Positions 30,875 to 39,487 of a DNA stretch of 64,000 nucleotides are shown piece by piece (position 1 is the first letter of the stretch; every line of letters begins with the position of its first letter). The notes beneath the pieces are model-generated. The model was not told the origin of the DNA, did not search any database, and saw nothing but the letters and a program-made list of their open reading frames with translations. Origin of the DNA: an uncultured Acidobacteriota bacterium (GTDB lineage: Bacteria > Acidobacteriota > Vicinamibacteria > Vicinamibacterales > UBA2999); assembly GCA_963802675.1 (NCBI GenBank), contig CAWDJL010000003.1, positions 265,158 through 329,157 on the forward strand, in the 5' to 3' direction. The position numbers were made by a program, and so were the translations under genes.

Positions 30875-32818
30875 GTGATCAGATTCCTCGCGCTGGCCGC
30901 CGTGGCTGGCGTGCTGGCCGTGGAAGGTGCCGCGCAGGGTCCGTCGGCTTCGACGACGGATCCGCGGGTGGGACTCAAGCCCGGCTTCCGTGATGCGGGC
31001 GTGGCGGCGCGCAACATGGAGCTGGTGGCGAGCATGCCCAAGCCCGACGGATTCTTCGATCCGAAATCCCCCGAAGGCATCGGAAGCGCGCCGGAGCCTC
31101 CGCCGGCAGCGGCGGGCACTCCGGCGCCGGAAACGCCGAGCACGCCCCCCCAAACGACACAGTCACCTGCGCCTACGACCACGCCGGCCGCAAATGCAAC
31201 ACCAGGCGGTCCCGGAGGCCCCCCAGGAGGAGGCGGTGGCGGTGGTGGTGGCAGCGGACTGAACTTTGCCAACTCCGACCTCGCGTTCTCGGGCAATCAC
31301 CTCTTCATGGGCAACTTCAACGGGTTCAATGCCTATGACGTCGAGAACACGCGACGACCGCGACTGCTGGCGTCGATCGTCTGCCCGGGCGGTCAGGGCG
31401 ATGTGTCAGTGCACGGCAACCTCTTGTTCATGTCGGTCGAGCAGACTCGTGGTCGCGTGGACTGCGGCGTCGAGGGTGTTTCGTTGGCGGTGAGTGCGGA
31501 GCGCTTCCGCGGGGTTCGTATCTTCGACATCACCGACATCCGCAAGCCAAAGCAGGTGGCAGCGGTGCAGACCTGCCGTGGGTCGCACACGCACACGCTG
31601 GTGACATCCCCCAACGACAAAGAGAACATCTACGTGTACGGCTCGGGCACCGGCATGGTTCGATCGGGCGAAGAGCTCGAGGGATGCTCGGGCGGCAAAC
31701 CCGAAGAGGACAAGAACACCGCGCTCTTCAGCATCGACGTGATCAAGGTTCCCCTCGCCGCACCTGAAAAGGCCGCCATCGTCGCGCGCCCGCGTATCTT
31801 CGCCGATGAGAAGACCGGCGCCCTCGCGGGTTTGTGGGCCGGTGGCGATCACGGGCCAGGCACGCAGCGCACATCGATGACGAACCAGTGTCATGACATC
31901 ACGGTGATGCCCGAGGCGGGCCTGGCGGCAGGCGCGTGCTCGGGCAACGGCATCCTGCTGGACATTTCCGATCCGGTGAAGCCGGTGCGGCTCGATGCGG
32001 CCAGCGACAAGAACTTCGCCTACTGGCACTCGGCCACGTTCAACAACGACGGCACCAAGATCGTCTTCACCGACGAATGGGGAGGCGGGACGCGTCCGCG
32101 CTGCCGCGCCAGCGATCTGCAGACCTGGGGCGCCGACGCCATCTTCGACATCGTCGACAAGAAGCTGCGGTTCGGCAGCTACTTCAAGATGCCCGCGGCG
32201 CAGACCGACACCGAGAATTGCGTCGCCCACAATGGCTCGATCATCCCGGTGCCGGGGCGCGACATCATGGTTCAGGGCTGGTATCAGGGTGGACTGTCGG
32301 TGTTCGACTTCACCGATTCGGCCAACCCCGTGGAAATCGCGTTCTTCGATCGCGGTCCGATCAGCGCTACGCGGCTCATCACGGGCGGGTTCTGGTCGAC
32401 CTATTGGTACAACGGTCACATTTACGGCGCCGAGATCGCACGCGGTGTGGACATCTTCCGCCTGACGCCAAGCGAATACCTGTCGCAGAACGAGATTGAC
32501 GCGGCGACGCAGGTGCGCATGACCGTGTTCAACGCGCAGCAGCAGCCCCGGGTGACTCACCCGGCAACGTTTGTCGTCGCGCGCGCATATCTTGATCAGT
32601 TGTCGCGCAGCAAGGCGCTGCAGCCCGAGCGCGTGGCGGCGATCAAGAGCGCCATCGATCGCGGCGACCGGCGGTCGCCAGGACGCGCGGATCTCGATCA
32701 GCTCGACACGCTGGCGGGGCAGCTCGAGAAGGACGCGAGCGCGGCGACGGGCCGCGACGCGACGCGCATGGGTGCGCTGGCCTCGACGATCAAGGAGCGG
32801 GTCTCGCGGCTTCGATAG
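30875..32818 (+). CDS. LVIVD-repeat beta-propeller surface protein, paralog 1
   Basis: GTG start. Signal MIRFLALAAVAGVLAVEGAAQG. Pro/Gly low-complexity linker including GGPGGPPGGGGGGGGGSG. Propeller core GNHLFMGNFNGFNAYDV ... GNLLFMSVEQ ... CHDITV ... WSTYWYNGHIYGAEIARGVDIF. Confidence 0.75.
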   Translation: MIRFLALAAVAGVLAVEGAAQGPSASTTDPRVGLKPGFRDAGVAARNMELVASMPKPDGFFDPKSPEGIGSAPEPPPAAAGTPAPETPSTPPQTTQSPAPTTTPAANATPGGPGGPPGGGGGGGGGSGLNFANSDLAFSGNHLFMGNFNGFNAYDVENTRRPRLLASIVCPGGQGDVSVHGNLLFMSVEQTRGRVDCGVEGVSLAVSAERFRGVRIFDITDIRKPKQVAAVQTCRGSHTHTLVTSPNDKENIYVYGSGTGMVRSGEELEGCSGGKPEEDKNTALFSIDVIKVPLAAPEKAAIVARPRIFADEKTGALAGLWAGGDHGPGTQRTSMTNQCHDITVMPEAGLAAGACSGNGILLDISDPVKPVRLDAASDKNFAYWHSATFNNDGTKIVFTDEWGGGTRPRCRASDLQTWGADAIFDIVDKKLRFGSYFKMPAAQTDTENCVAHNGSIIPVPGRDIMVQGWYQGGLSVFDFTDSANPVEIAFFDRGPISATRLITGGFWSTYWYNGHIYGAEIARGVDIFRLTPSEYLSQNEIDAATQVRMTVFNAQQQPRVTHPATFVVARAYLDQLSRSKALQPERVAAIKSAIDRGDRRSPGRADLDQLDTLAGQLEKDASAATGRDATRMGALASTIKERVSRLR

Positions 32819-32880
32819 ACGTCCGAATTGGAGACTAGCGTCGATGATCGGAGCTCACGCGCCTGTCGGGGTCGAAACCG

Positions 32881-33044
32881 CCATTTGCTCCGCCAACCGG
32901 GTTCCGCACGCCGGAAAAGCGCAGCTCCGGCGTAACGTTGGGTGGAACGCGGCTTGGGGGCCCCCAACCCCAAGCCCTGTCACTCGCCTGCGCAGCGCTT
33001 TTCGTGATCGTGACGGCGTGCTCCACACGGTTGACTCCGCAAAC
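32881..33044 (-). repeat. 164-bp repeat, copy 2 (inverted partner of 29155-29318)
   Basis: Its reverse complement aligns over the full length with 29155-29318. The hairpin arms are GGCTTGGGG..CCCCAAGCC, i.e. two compensatory base-pair changes relative to copy 1. Confidence 0.8.
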
Positions 33045-33096
33045 GGCGGCTTCGACCAAGATGTGCGCGTGCGTGATCTGAGTTAGTGTCTTGTAG

Positions 33097-33236
33097 GGTT
33101 TCATAACCTCGCTTGCGGGTGGCCGCGGACGGGGCGCCCCGCACGCCCGGAGGAGCCTCAGTCGTGACAGGTGCTTTTGGCTCCGAGGACGTGTGGGGCT
33201 GGCCGCGGACAGGACCCGCCTGGAGGTTATGAAAGC
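33097..33236 (+). repeat. structured element closed by the 12-bp inverted repeat TTTCATAACCTC/GAGGTTATGAAA, directly upstream of LVIVD paralog 2
   Basis: Closing stem at 33099-33110 and 33223-33234. Internal direct repeat GGCCGCGGAC occurs twice. Internal hairpin GGAGCC..GGCTCC. RBS GAAGGAG follows at 33258-33264. Confidence 0.5.
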
Positions 33237-33267
33237 GTGGTGATCGGAGCGATCTGAAGGAGCTCTT

Positions 33268-35161
33268 ATGCGAAACGCAGCAACTGGATTTCTGACTGCC
33301 GCGGTCCTGGCCTCGATGGTGATCGCCGTCGACACGCAGGAGCGTGCCGGCAATGCGGCGACGAGTGATCCGCGGGTCGGCCTCAAGGGCGGCCTTCGTG
33401 ATGCGGGCGTGGCGGCGCGCAACATGGAACTGCTGGCGAACCTGCCCAAGCCCGACGGCTTCTTCGATCCCACGGCCCCGGCTGGTGCGGTGAGCGCGCC
33501 CGAGCCGCCGCCTGCGGCCGCGGGCGCACCGTCAGGCCCCACCGCCAATCGGCCGGAGGGCGCTGCCGGTAACGCCACGCCGCCTGCACCGCCGCGAGGT
33601 GGAGGTTTCACGAACTCCGATCTCGCCTTCCGCGGAACCAATGTCGTCGTGGGGAACTATCACGGCTTCAACACCTACGACATCGAGAACGCGCGCAAGC
33701 CGCGGCTGCTCGCCTCGGTCGTCTGCCCCGGAGGTCAGGGCGACGTGTCGATCTACGGCAACCTCCTGTTCATGTCGGTCGAGCAGACGCGCGGGCGCAT
33801 CGACTGCGGCGTGCAGGGTGTGACCGCGCCGGTGAGCGCTGAACGGTTCCGAGGCATTCGCATCTTCGACATCACCGACTTGAAGAAGCCGCGACAAGTG
33901 GCGGCGGTGCAGACTTGCCGTGGGTCACACACTCACACGCTGGTTCCGGACAAGAACGACAAGGCGAATCTGTATGTCTACGGTTCGGGCACGAGCTCGG
34001 TGCGAGCGGGTGAAGAGCTCGAAGGATGCTCTGGACGTGATCCGAAAGAGGATCCCAACACCTCGCTCTTCAGCATCGACGTGATCAAAGTGCCGCTCGC
34101 CAATCCCGAGAAAGCGGCGATCGTGAATCGCCCGCGCATCTTCGCGGATCCGAAATCGGGTGCCATTTCGGGCTTGTGGCAGGGCGGCGATCACGGGCCA
34201 GGAACGCAGAGCTCGCGGATGACCAATCAGTGTCATGACATCACGGTCCTTCACCGAGATCGGGCTGGCCGCCGGTGCGTGCGCGGGCAACGGCATCCTG
34301 CTCGACATCTCCGACCCCGTGAACCCTGCTCGCCTCGACCATGTCACCGACAAGAACTTCGCGTACTGGCATTCGGCGACGTTCAACAACGATGGCACCA
34401 AGATCCTCTTCACCGACGAGTGGGGCGGCGGCGGCCGTCCCCGTTGCCGCGCCACCGACCTGCCGACCTGGGGCGCGGACGCAATCTTCGACATCGTCGA
34501 CAAGAAACTGCGCTTCGGCGGCTACTACAAGATGCCGGCCGCACAGACCGAGCAGGAAAACTGCGTCGCGCACAACGGGTCGCTGATTCCGGTGCCGGGC
34601 CGGGACATCATGGTGCAGGCGTGGTATCAGGGCGGCGTGTCGGTGTTCGACTTCACCGATTCCGCCAACGCGCACGAGATTGCGTTCTTCGACCGCGGGC
34701 CCGTCTCGGACAAGGAGCTCGTGTCCGGCGGTTACTGGTCGACCTACTGGTACAACGGGAACATCTACGGCGCCGAGATCGCGCGCGGCCTCGACGTCTT
34801 CCGATTGACGCCGAGCGAGCACCTGACGCAAAACGAGATCGACGCCGCCACGCTGGTTCGCTTCGAGGAGTTCAACTCGCAGCAGCAGCCGCGCGTCACG
34901 TGGCCGGCGACGTTTGTCGTCGCGCGCGCGTATCTCGATCAGCTGACCCGGAGCAAGGCGCTGCAGGCGGATCGAGTGACGGCGATCAAGAGTGCCATCG
35001 ACCGTGCCGACCGGCGGTCTCCCGCTCGCGGCGATCTCGACGCGCTCGATACGCTCGCGTCGCAGCTCGACAAGGAGGCTGGTGCGGCCACGGGCCGCGA
35101 CGCCATGCGCATGCGATCGCTGGCGTCGACGCTAAAGGAGCGGGTCGCTCGGCTTCGATAG
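33268..35161 (+). pseudogene. LVIVD-repeat beta-propeller surface protein, paralog 2; one +1 junction near 34252
   Basis: Collinear with 30875-32818 throughout. MTNQCHDITV|..EIGLAAGACAGNGILLDISDPVNPARL continues in the 34235 ORF frame and ends ...LKERVARLR* like paralog 1. Confidence 0.75.
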
Positions 35162-35179
35162 CGTGGGCTGACGACTACA

Positions 35180-35298
35180 GGCCTCAGAGACTCAGAAACA
35201 CAGAGAAGCTAGAACTAAACCAACACGAAGGACACGAAGCACACGAAGAACCCTAACCACTTACTCTCTTCGTGCCCTTCGTGTTCTTCGTGTTGCAT
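35180..35298 (+). repeat. composite element: GGCCTCAGAGACTCAGA word plus CACGAAG-unit hairpin (left bracket of the MBL gene); probable bidirectional terminator
   Basis: Hairpin arms at 35222-35250 (AACACGAAGGACACGAAGCACACGAAGAA) and 35267-35296 are complementary at about 26 of 29 positions. It lies between convergent genes. Confidence 0.7.
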
Positions 35299-35307
35299 TT
35301 CTTATGG

Positions 35308-36195
35308 CTACCTCGCACGCAGATAGGTTCCAGGCGCCGTTTCAGTCACCTGGCCGCGTGCGATGAGCCGTTCAAGATGGAGCTCCGCGGATCGCCTCTC
35401 CACGCCATCGACAAACAGCAACGTGACGTGCGGCCGGTAGACGAACCGGTGGGCGACGATGTCGTCGAGCGTGCGGGGCTGGTCGAGAAAATCGAGGAGC
35501 GCCTGCTCGCGGCGAGGGATGACGGCCTCGTACTCGGTCAGCAGCGCAAGGAACTCCTGACGCCCCTCTACGACTCCGCGATGGTGAAAGGTGACGAACC
35601 AGCGGGCGTCGAGGTCGCGGCACTTGCGCAGCGTCTGTTCGAAATCGTCCAGGCTCGACCACGCATCGCCGTAGTACGGGCCAAACCCGGTCAGGTCGAT
35701 GTCCGCCAAATACATCACGCCATGAGGCTCGATCAGAATCCCGGAGTGCCCGCGAGTATGTCCTGGGAGATGAACCACGTGGAGTGTCGTGCGCCCCAGA
35801 TCGAAGGTATCCCCGTCGCCATACGCCGTGGCATCGGGGCGCGGCGTGTAGTGGAAGCTCTCGAGCACCTCGTCCCTCCACTCGGCTTCAATGGAAGGCG
35901 GCAGGCCGTAAATCCGCATCAGCCCATCGATTGAGTCGAGCCCCAGCTTGTCGGCCTCGGGTACGACGATCGACGCGTCCGGATAGCGAAAAACACCTGC
36001 CAGATGATCCTCATGGCAGTGGCTGAGCAAGATCGAATCGGCTGCCGGCACCTCCATCGCGCCCGCCAGACTCAGCGACGGATCGATGATCATCGTGCTG
36101 TCGCGGCCTTGCACGATGACGGAATTGCCGTGCGGGTACCGTCCGCCGCTCGTCCCGCGCAACACGCGCACAGCGTCTAACGACAACAGGTCCAC
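35308..36195 (-). CDS. MBL-fold metallo-hydrolase
   Basis: Intact 295-aa ORF. HxHxDH motif LLSHCHEDHLAG, later LPGHTRGH. The GTG start lies inside the first heptamer repeat unit, so the start is uncertain. Confidence 0.75.
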   Translation of the reverse strand: MDLLSLDAVRVLRGTSGGRYPHGNSVIVQGRDSTMIIDPSLSLAGAMEVPAADSILLSHCHEDHLAGVFRYPDASIVVPEADKLGLDSIDGLMRIYGLPPSIEAEWRDEVLESFHYTPRPDATAYGDGDTFDLGRTTLHVVHLPGHTRGHSGILIEPHGVMYLADIDLTGFGPYYGDAWSSLDDFEQTLRKCRDLDARWFVTFHHRGVVEGRQEFLALLTEYEAVIPRREQALLDFLDQPRTLDDIVAHRFVYRPHVTLLFVDGVERRSAELHLERLIARGQVTETAPGTYLRAR

Positions 36196-36389
36196 GGTCT
36201 ACGGTCCAAGGTCTACGGTCCACAGTCTACGGTCCACGGTCTACGGTAGCCACGAAGGGCACGAAGACACGAAGAAACACGAAGCCAGTTTGGATCTGAT
36301 CCGAATAACCTTCGTGGTCCTTCGTGCCCTTCGTGGCTACGAACCGTTGTTGCGTGAGTCTCTGTCAAGAACTCTGAGTCTCTGAGGCC
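36189..36389. repeat. heptamer array (TCYACGG x8) plus CACGAAG-unit hairpin plus CTGAGTCTCTGAGGCC word (right bracket of the MBL gene)
   Basis: 36189-36248 is the tandem 7-mer array. Hairpin arms are 36249-36284 and 36310-36337. 36350-36389 ends with the reverse complement of the 35180 word. Confidence 0.75.
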
Positions 36390-36395
36390 CGTACG

Positions 36396-37403
36396 TCACA
36401 GGAGGCTCGCGGCGTGCGCGAAGAGCGCGGGCACGCCGCCAGTGTGGAGAAATACGACGGTGGTCCCGGCATCGACCTCGCCCCGCCTCACGTGATCGAT
36501 GAGGCCGGCCATGGCCTTGGCGGTATAGACCGGGTCGAGGAGTATCCCCTCGGTGGACGCGAGCAGTCGAATCGCTTCGAGACATTCCGGAGTGGCGATC
36601 CCGTAGCCGGCCCCGATGTAGCGCTGGTCGGTGACCAGATCATCTTCGGTCACCCGCGTGGTGACACCGGCGATCGTGGCGGCTTCGTTGGCGATCCGAA
36701 GCGCGCGTGGCTTTTTGAACGACTCGCCGCCGCTCACCGCGACACCGCACACGGCAAAGGGCGCCGCGTGAATCTTCGCGCCCAGGGTCAGTCCCGCCTG
36801 CGTTCCGCGCGACCCGCTGGCGTAATAAAGCCGCGTGGGGTGCTCGCCCGTCGACGTAAGCTGTTCGACCAACTCGAGCGTGCCCGTGACGTACCCGAAC
36901 ACGCCGATGGCGCTCGAGCCACCCACCGGGATGAAGTAGGGACGCTGCCCGCGTGAGCGCAGCTCCTGCAGGACCTCTGCGACCTTGGCTTCTTCGACGT
37001 CGCTCGTCGCCAGCAGCGGATCGGCTGGTGGCGGAATGTAGTGGATGGTCGCGCCAAACAGTCGATCCAGGAGCAGGTTGCCTTGCACGGCTGGACGGTC
37101 GCCGTCGGCCGTCAGGATCAACACGACGTCGAGCCCGGCCGCGCGCGCGGCCGCCGCCGTCATGCGCGCGTGATTCGATTGAACGGCGCCGGTCGTGACG
37201 ACGACAGTCGCGCCCTGGTTGAGTGCATCAGCGATCAGGAATTCGAGCTTGCGAGCTTTGTTGCCGCCGAGCGCGAGACCGGTGAGGTCGTCGCGCTTGA
37301 TCAGAATCCGGGGACAGTTGGCGCCCAACGCTGCTCGCAGTCGATCGGCCGGCTGCAGGGGAGTGGGAAGGGTCGCAAGAGAAATGCGAGCGGGAAGGCG
37401 CAC
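36396..37403 (-). CDS. dcyD: D-cysteine desulfhydrase / ACC deaminase family PLP enzyme
   Basis: Intact 335-aa ORF. KRDDLTGLALGGNKARKLEFLIADALNQGATVVVTTGAVQSNHARMTAAAA is the family signature. The specific symbol is tentative. Confidence 0.75.
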   Translation of the reverse strand: MRLPARISLATLPTPLQPADRLRAALGANCPRILIKRDDLTGLALGGNKARKLEFLIADALNQGATVVVTTGAVQSNHARMTAAAARAAGLDVVLILTADGDRPAVQGNLLLDRLFGATIHYIPPPADPLLATSDVEEAKVAEVLQELRSRGQRPYFIPVGGSSAIGVFGYVTGTLELVEQLTSTGEHPTRLYYASGSRGTQAGLTLGAKIHAAPFAVCGVAVSGGESFKKPRALRIANEAATIAGVTTRVTEDDLVTDQRYIGAGYGIATPECLEAIRLLASTEGILLDPVYTAKAMAGLIDHVRRGEVDAGTTVVFLHTGGVPALFAHAASLL

Positions 37404-37410
37404 CGGGGCA

Positions 37411-37633
37411 GTTTACTAGGACTGTTTACAGCAGTAGGACTCGCTCGCCTTCGGCTCGCTTCGTGGGACTCGCGCCTTCGGCGCTCGTGGGGGCGCGGGC
37501 CGTCCGGCCCGCGCCTGTGAATTCTGATGAGCAATCTGAAGCGGCGGCCGACCGGCCGCCGCCCCCACGAGCGGAGCGAGTCCCACGAGGCGCGCAGCGC
37601 CGAGCCCTACGAGCGCCCGAAGGGCGCGAGTCC
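37411..37633. repeat. 223-bp imperfect palindrome, family with 44866-45108
   Basis: Left arm GTTTACAGCAGTAGGACTCGCTCGCC...CTCGTGGGGGCG. Right arm CGCCCCCACGAG...GAGTCCCACGAGGCGCGCAGCGCCGAGCCCTAC. Shares these words with the 44866 element. Confidence 0.7.
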
Positions 37634-37638
37634 GTTCT

Positions 37639-38283
37639 TCACCCTTTGTCAGGGCACGGCGCGTTGCTATAACCGGATCGGAAGGCGCTCACGGTGCCGG
37701 CCTCCGGATCGAAGCGGTGACGCCACACGCAGGCCGTGTCGTTGGCCAGCAGGTGAATCGAGATCGATGGCGTCTCGGACACCGTCTCGACGTAGTGAAT
37801 GTCACCGTCGGGCGGCAGCAGCGTGTAGAACTCGCCGCGCTCGATGATGTGTTGACGCTCGATCGCCAGCGCCGCGCGTCCTTCCTCGTGCCCGTCATCG
37901 AGCCGCCGATAGATGGTCTCGTCCTGACGTCCCCGATAGAGGCCGACCAGCCCCCAGGCGAGATGGTCGTGCACCGGCGTCCGCTTCCCGGGTGGAATGA
38001 CCAAGGAGAACAGGCAGAGCGAGCCGTCTTCGGCGCGATAAAGCGCGTACTGACCGATCCCACCGCCCATCCCGCTCTTGGCATCCGGGACCGAATACTC
38101 CTCCGGAAGCCAGCCGTCGGCGGCGAGCAGACGCGCAAACGGCTCGCGTAAGCGCTCAACCCGTGCCCGAACGTCGGAAACCCGACGCGACAGGCGCTCG
38201 GTCTCGGCGATCAGGTCGCGCACTTCGGGGACGTCGACGATGAATCCGAAGTGATGGGAGGATGGGTGGGACAAATCGCACAC
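37639..38283 (-). CDS. cupin-fold metal-dependent enzyme (cysteine-dioxygenase-like, COG5553-type)
   Basis: PPGKRTPVHDHLAWGLVGLYRGRQDE ... GDIHYVETVSETPSISIHL fits a cupin metal site. Start set at GTG 38283 behind GGAG. ATG 38364 or the ORF-track start 38451 are alternatives. Confidence 0.6.
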   Translation of the reverse strand: MCDLSHPSSHHFGFIVDVPEVRDLIAETERLSRRVSDVRARVERLREPFARLLAADGWLPEEYSVPDAKSGMGGGIGQYALYRAEDGSLCLFSLVIPPGKRTPVHDHLAWGLVGLYRGRQDETIYRRLDDGHEEGRAALAIERQHIIERGEFYTLLPPDGDIHYVETVSETPSISIHLLANDTACVWRHRFDPEAGTVSAFRSGYSNAPCPDKG

Positions 38284-38440
38284 GATGCTCGCTCCGACTC
38301 TTTGAAACACGGCTACCCGCAACCGGCGTTGTCGTGTACCGTTGTGCGGCTCGACGCGCTGCATTACTGTTGATATTGACAAGCGTCCGTGATGAGCAGG
38401 ACCGAGCCGACCGGCCACCGAGCCACCGATCCCACGCTGA

Positions 38441-39337
38441 TCACTGATCACTGATCTTGGGCTTGAACGGCGTCGGTCCGGGCGGCGGCGTCCGCGGTGA
38501 GCCCGACTTCACCCACGCGTCGTATCGCATCCGCAGCGTCTTCACCGGATTCGCGCTCTCGCCTGGCTTGGTGTTGTCGTCCGTCACACTGAGATAGGCG
38601 AAGTACTTGCCGTCGTTGTGCGTGACGCCAACTTCGTCCGTCTTGTCGGCAATGGCAATGTAGGCGACGTGAGCGGTCCGGTTGTCGCACGGCAGGTGTT
38701 CGAGCGGGTTGTTCCCGCAGTTGCACCGATGGTCGCCGCCGCTCGCGTCCGCGGCTTCCATCGCCGCCATGACTCGGTCCGCCAGCGTGCCGGTCGCGCG
38801 GGTAAACGCCAGGGCCGCCAGGTGCATCACCTGATCGCCGAGCAGCGTGTTGCCCTGCACCTGATAGTAGATGTCGGGGCCGACGCGACCGCCGAAATAC
38901 AGCGACGAGACCGAGTTGCCGCTGCCACTAAACCCGACGCGATTGTTCTGCGCGGTGATCGTGCCGCCGTTCGGGATGGACAGGATGCCAAACTGACGCC
39001 GCTCGATGCTTGCATCCTTCTTGAGCAGCGCCAGAATGTCAGCCGGCGGCGTGCCTTTGCGGATCTCGTTGTAGACCAGCATCTGATTCTCACGCGTGTT
39101 GTCCACGCCGGCCTGACAGGCCGCCACGCCGACGCCAGGGACGATGACCGCCTGAACGTCCATGAGGTCACGAGCGCCGTTGGGTTCGCGCTTCGGGAAG
39201 CCGGCCTGGCGCACACACGTCGCCGACGCGATGATCACCTGACCTGTCCGTGCATCGATCGCAATGACTGACCAGGTCGCATACGCGGTCGAGTGGCCGG
39301 CAAAGAACAACAGCAGCGCAAGACCAATTCTCCTCAC
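38441..39337 (-). CDS. DUF1028 (Ntn-hydrolase-like) secreted protein
   Basis: GTG 39337 lies 6 nt after GAAGGAG. Signal VRRIGLALLLFFAGHSTAYA|TWSVIAIDARTGQVIIASATC (N-terminal Thr after cleavage). The upstream 97 codons of the tracked ORF translate repeats. The last codons lie in a CACTGAT heptamer array. Confidence 0.7.
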   Translation of the reverse strand: MRRIGLALLLFFAGHSTAYATWSVIAIDARTGQVIIASATCVRQAGFPKREPNGARDLMDVQAVIVPGVGVAACQAGVDNTRENQMLVYNEIRKGTPPADILALLKKDASIERRQFGILSIPNGGTITAQNNRVGFSGSGNSVSSLYFGGRVGPDIYYQVQGNTLLGDQVMHLAALAFTRATGTLADRVMAAMEAADASGGDHRCNCGNNPLEHLPCDNRTAHVAYIAIADKTDEVGVTHNDGKYFAYLSVTDDNTKPGESANPVKTLRMRYDAWVKSGSPRTPPPGPTPFKPKISDQ

Positions 39338-39380
39338 TGAAGTCTCCTTCGACGGGAAGTCTACCAGCACATCGGCTACC

Positions 39381-39445
39381 GGCCACGGTCCACGGCCCAC
39401 GGTCACGGCCCACGGAGCACTGACCACTGACCACTGATCACTGAC
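39381..39445. repeat. heptamer arrays CCACGGY x5 and CACTGAY x4
   Basis: GGCCACGGTCCACGGCCCACGGTCACGGCCCACGG then CACTGACCACTGACCACTGATCACTGAC. The same CACTGAT word recurs at 38437-38456 on the other side of the DUF1028 gene. Confidence 0.7.
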
Positions 39446-39487
39446 TTCTGGCATTGGCGTTGCTTTCAGCACCGCAGGAGTACTGTT

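Noticed and set aside
29173-33641. Coding potential of repeat translations (WGWGPP... in ORFs 29173-29631 N-terminus and 32835-33641; SHEARSAE.. in 37527-37847 and 45004-45390; EGGSHA-type ORFs near 49500, 57000, 61250)
   Set aside because: The similar peptides arise because the same DNA repeat is translated. Copies occur in both orientations. The compensatory changes preserve base pairing, not amino acids.
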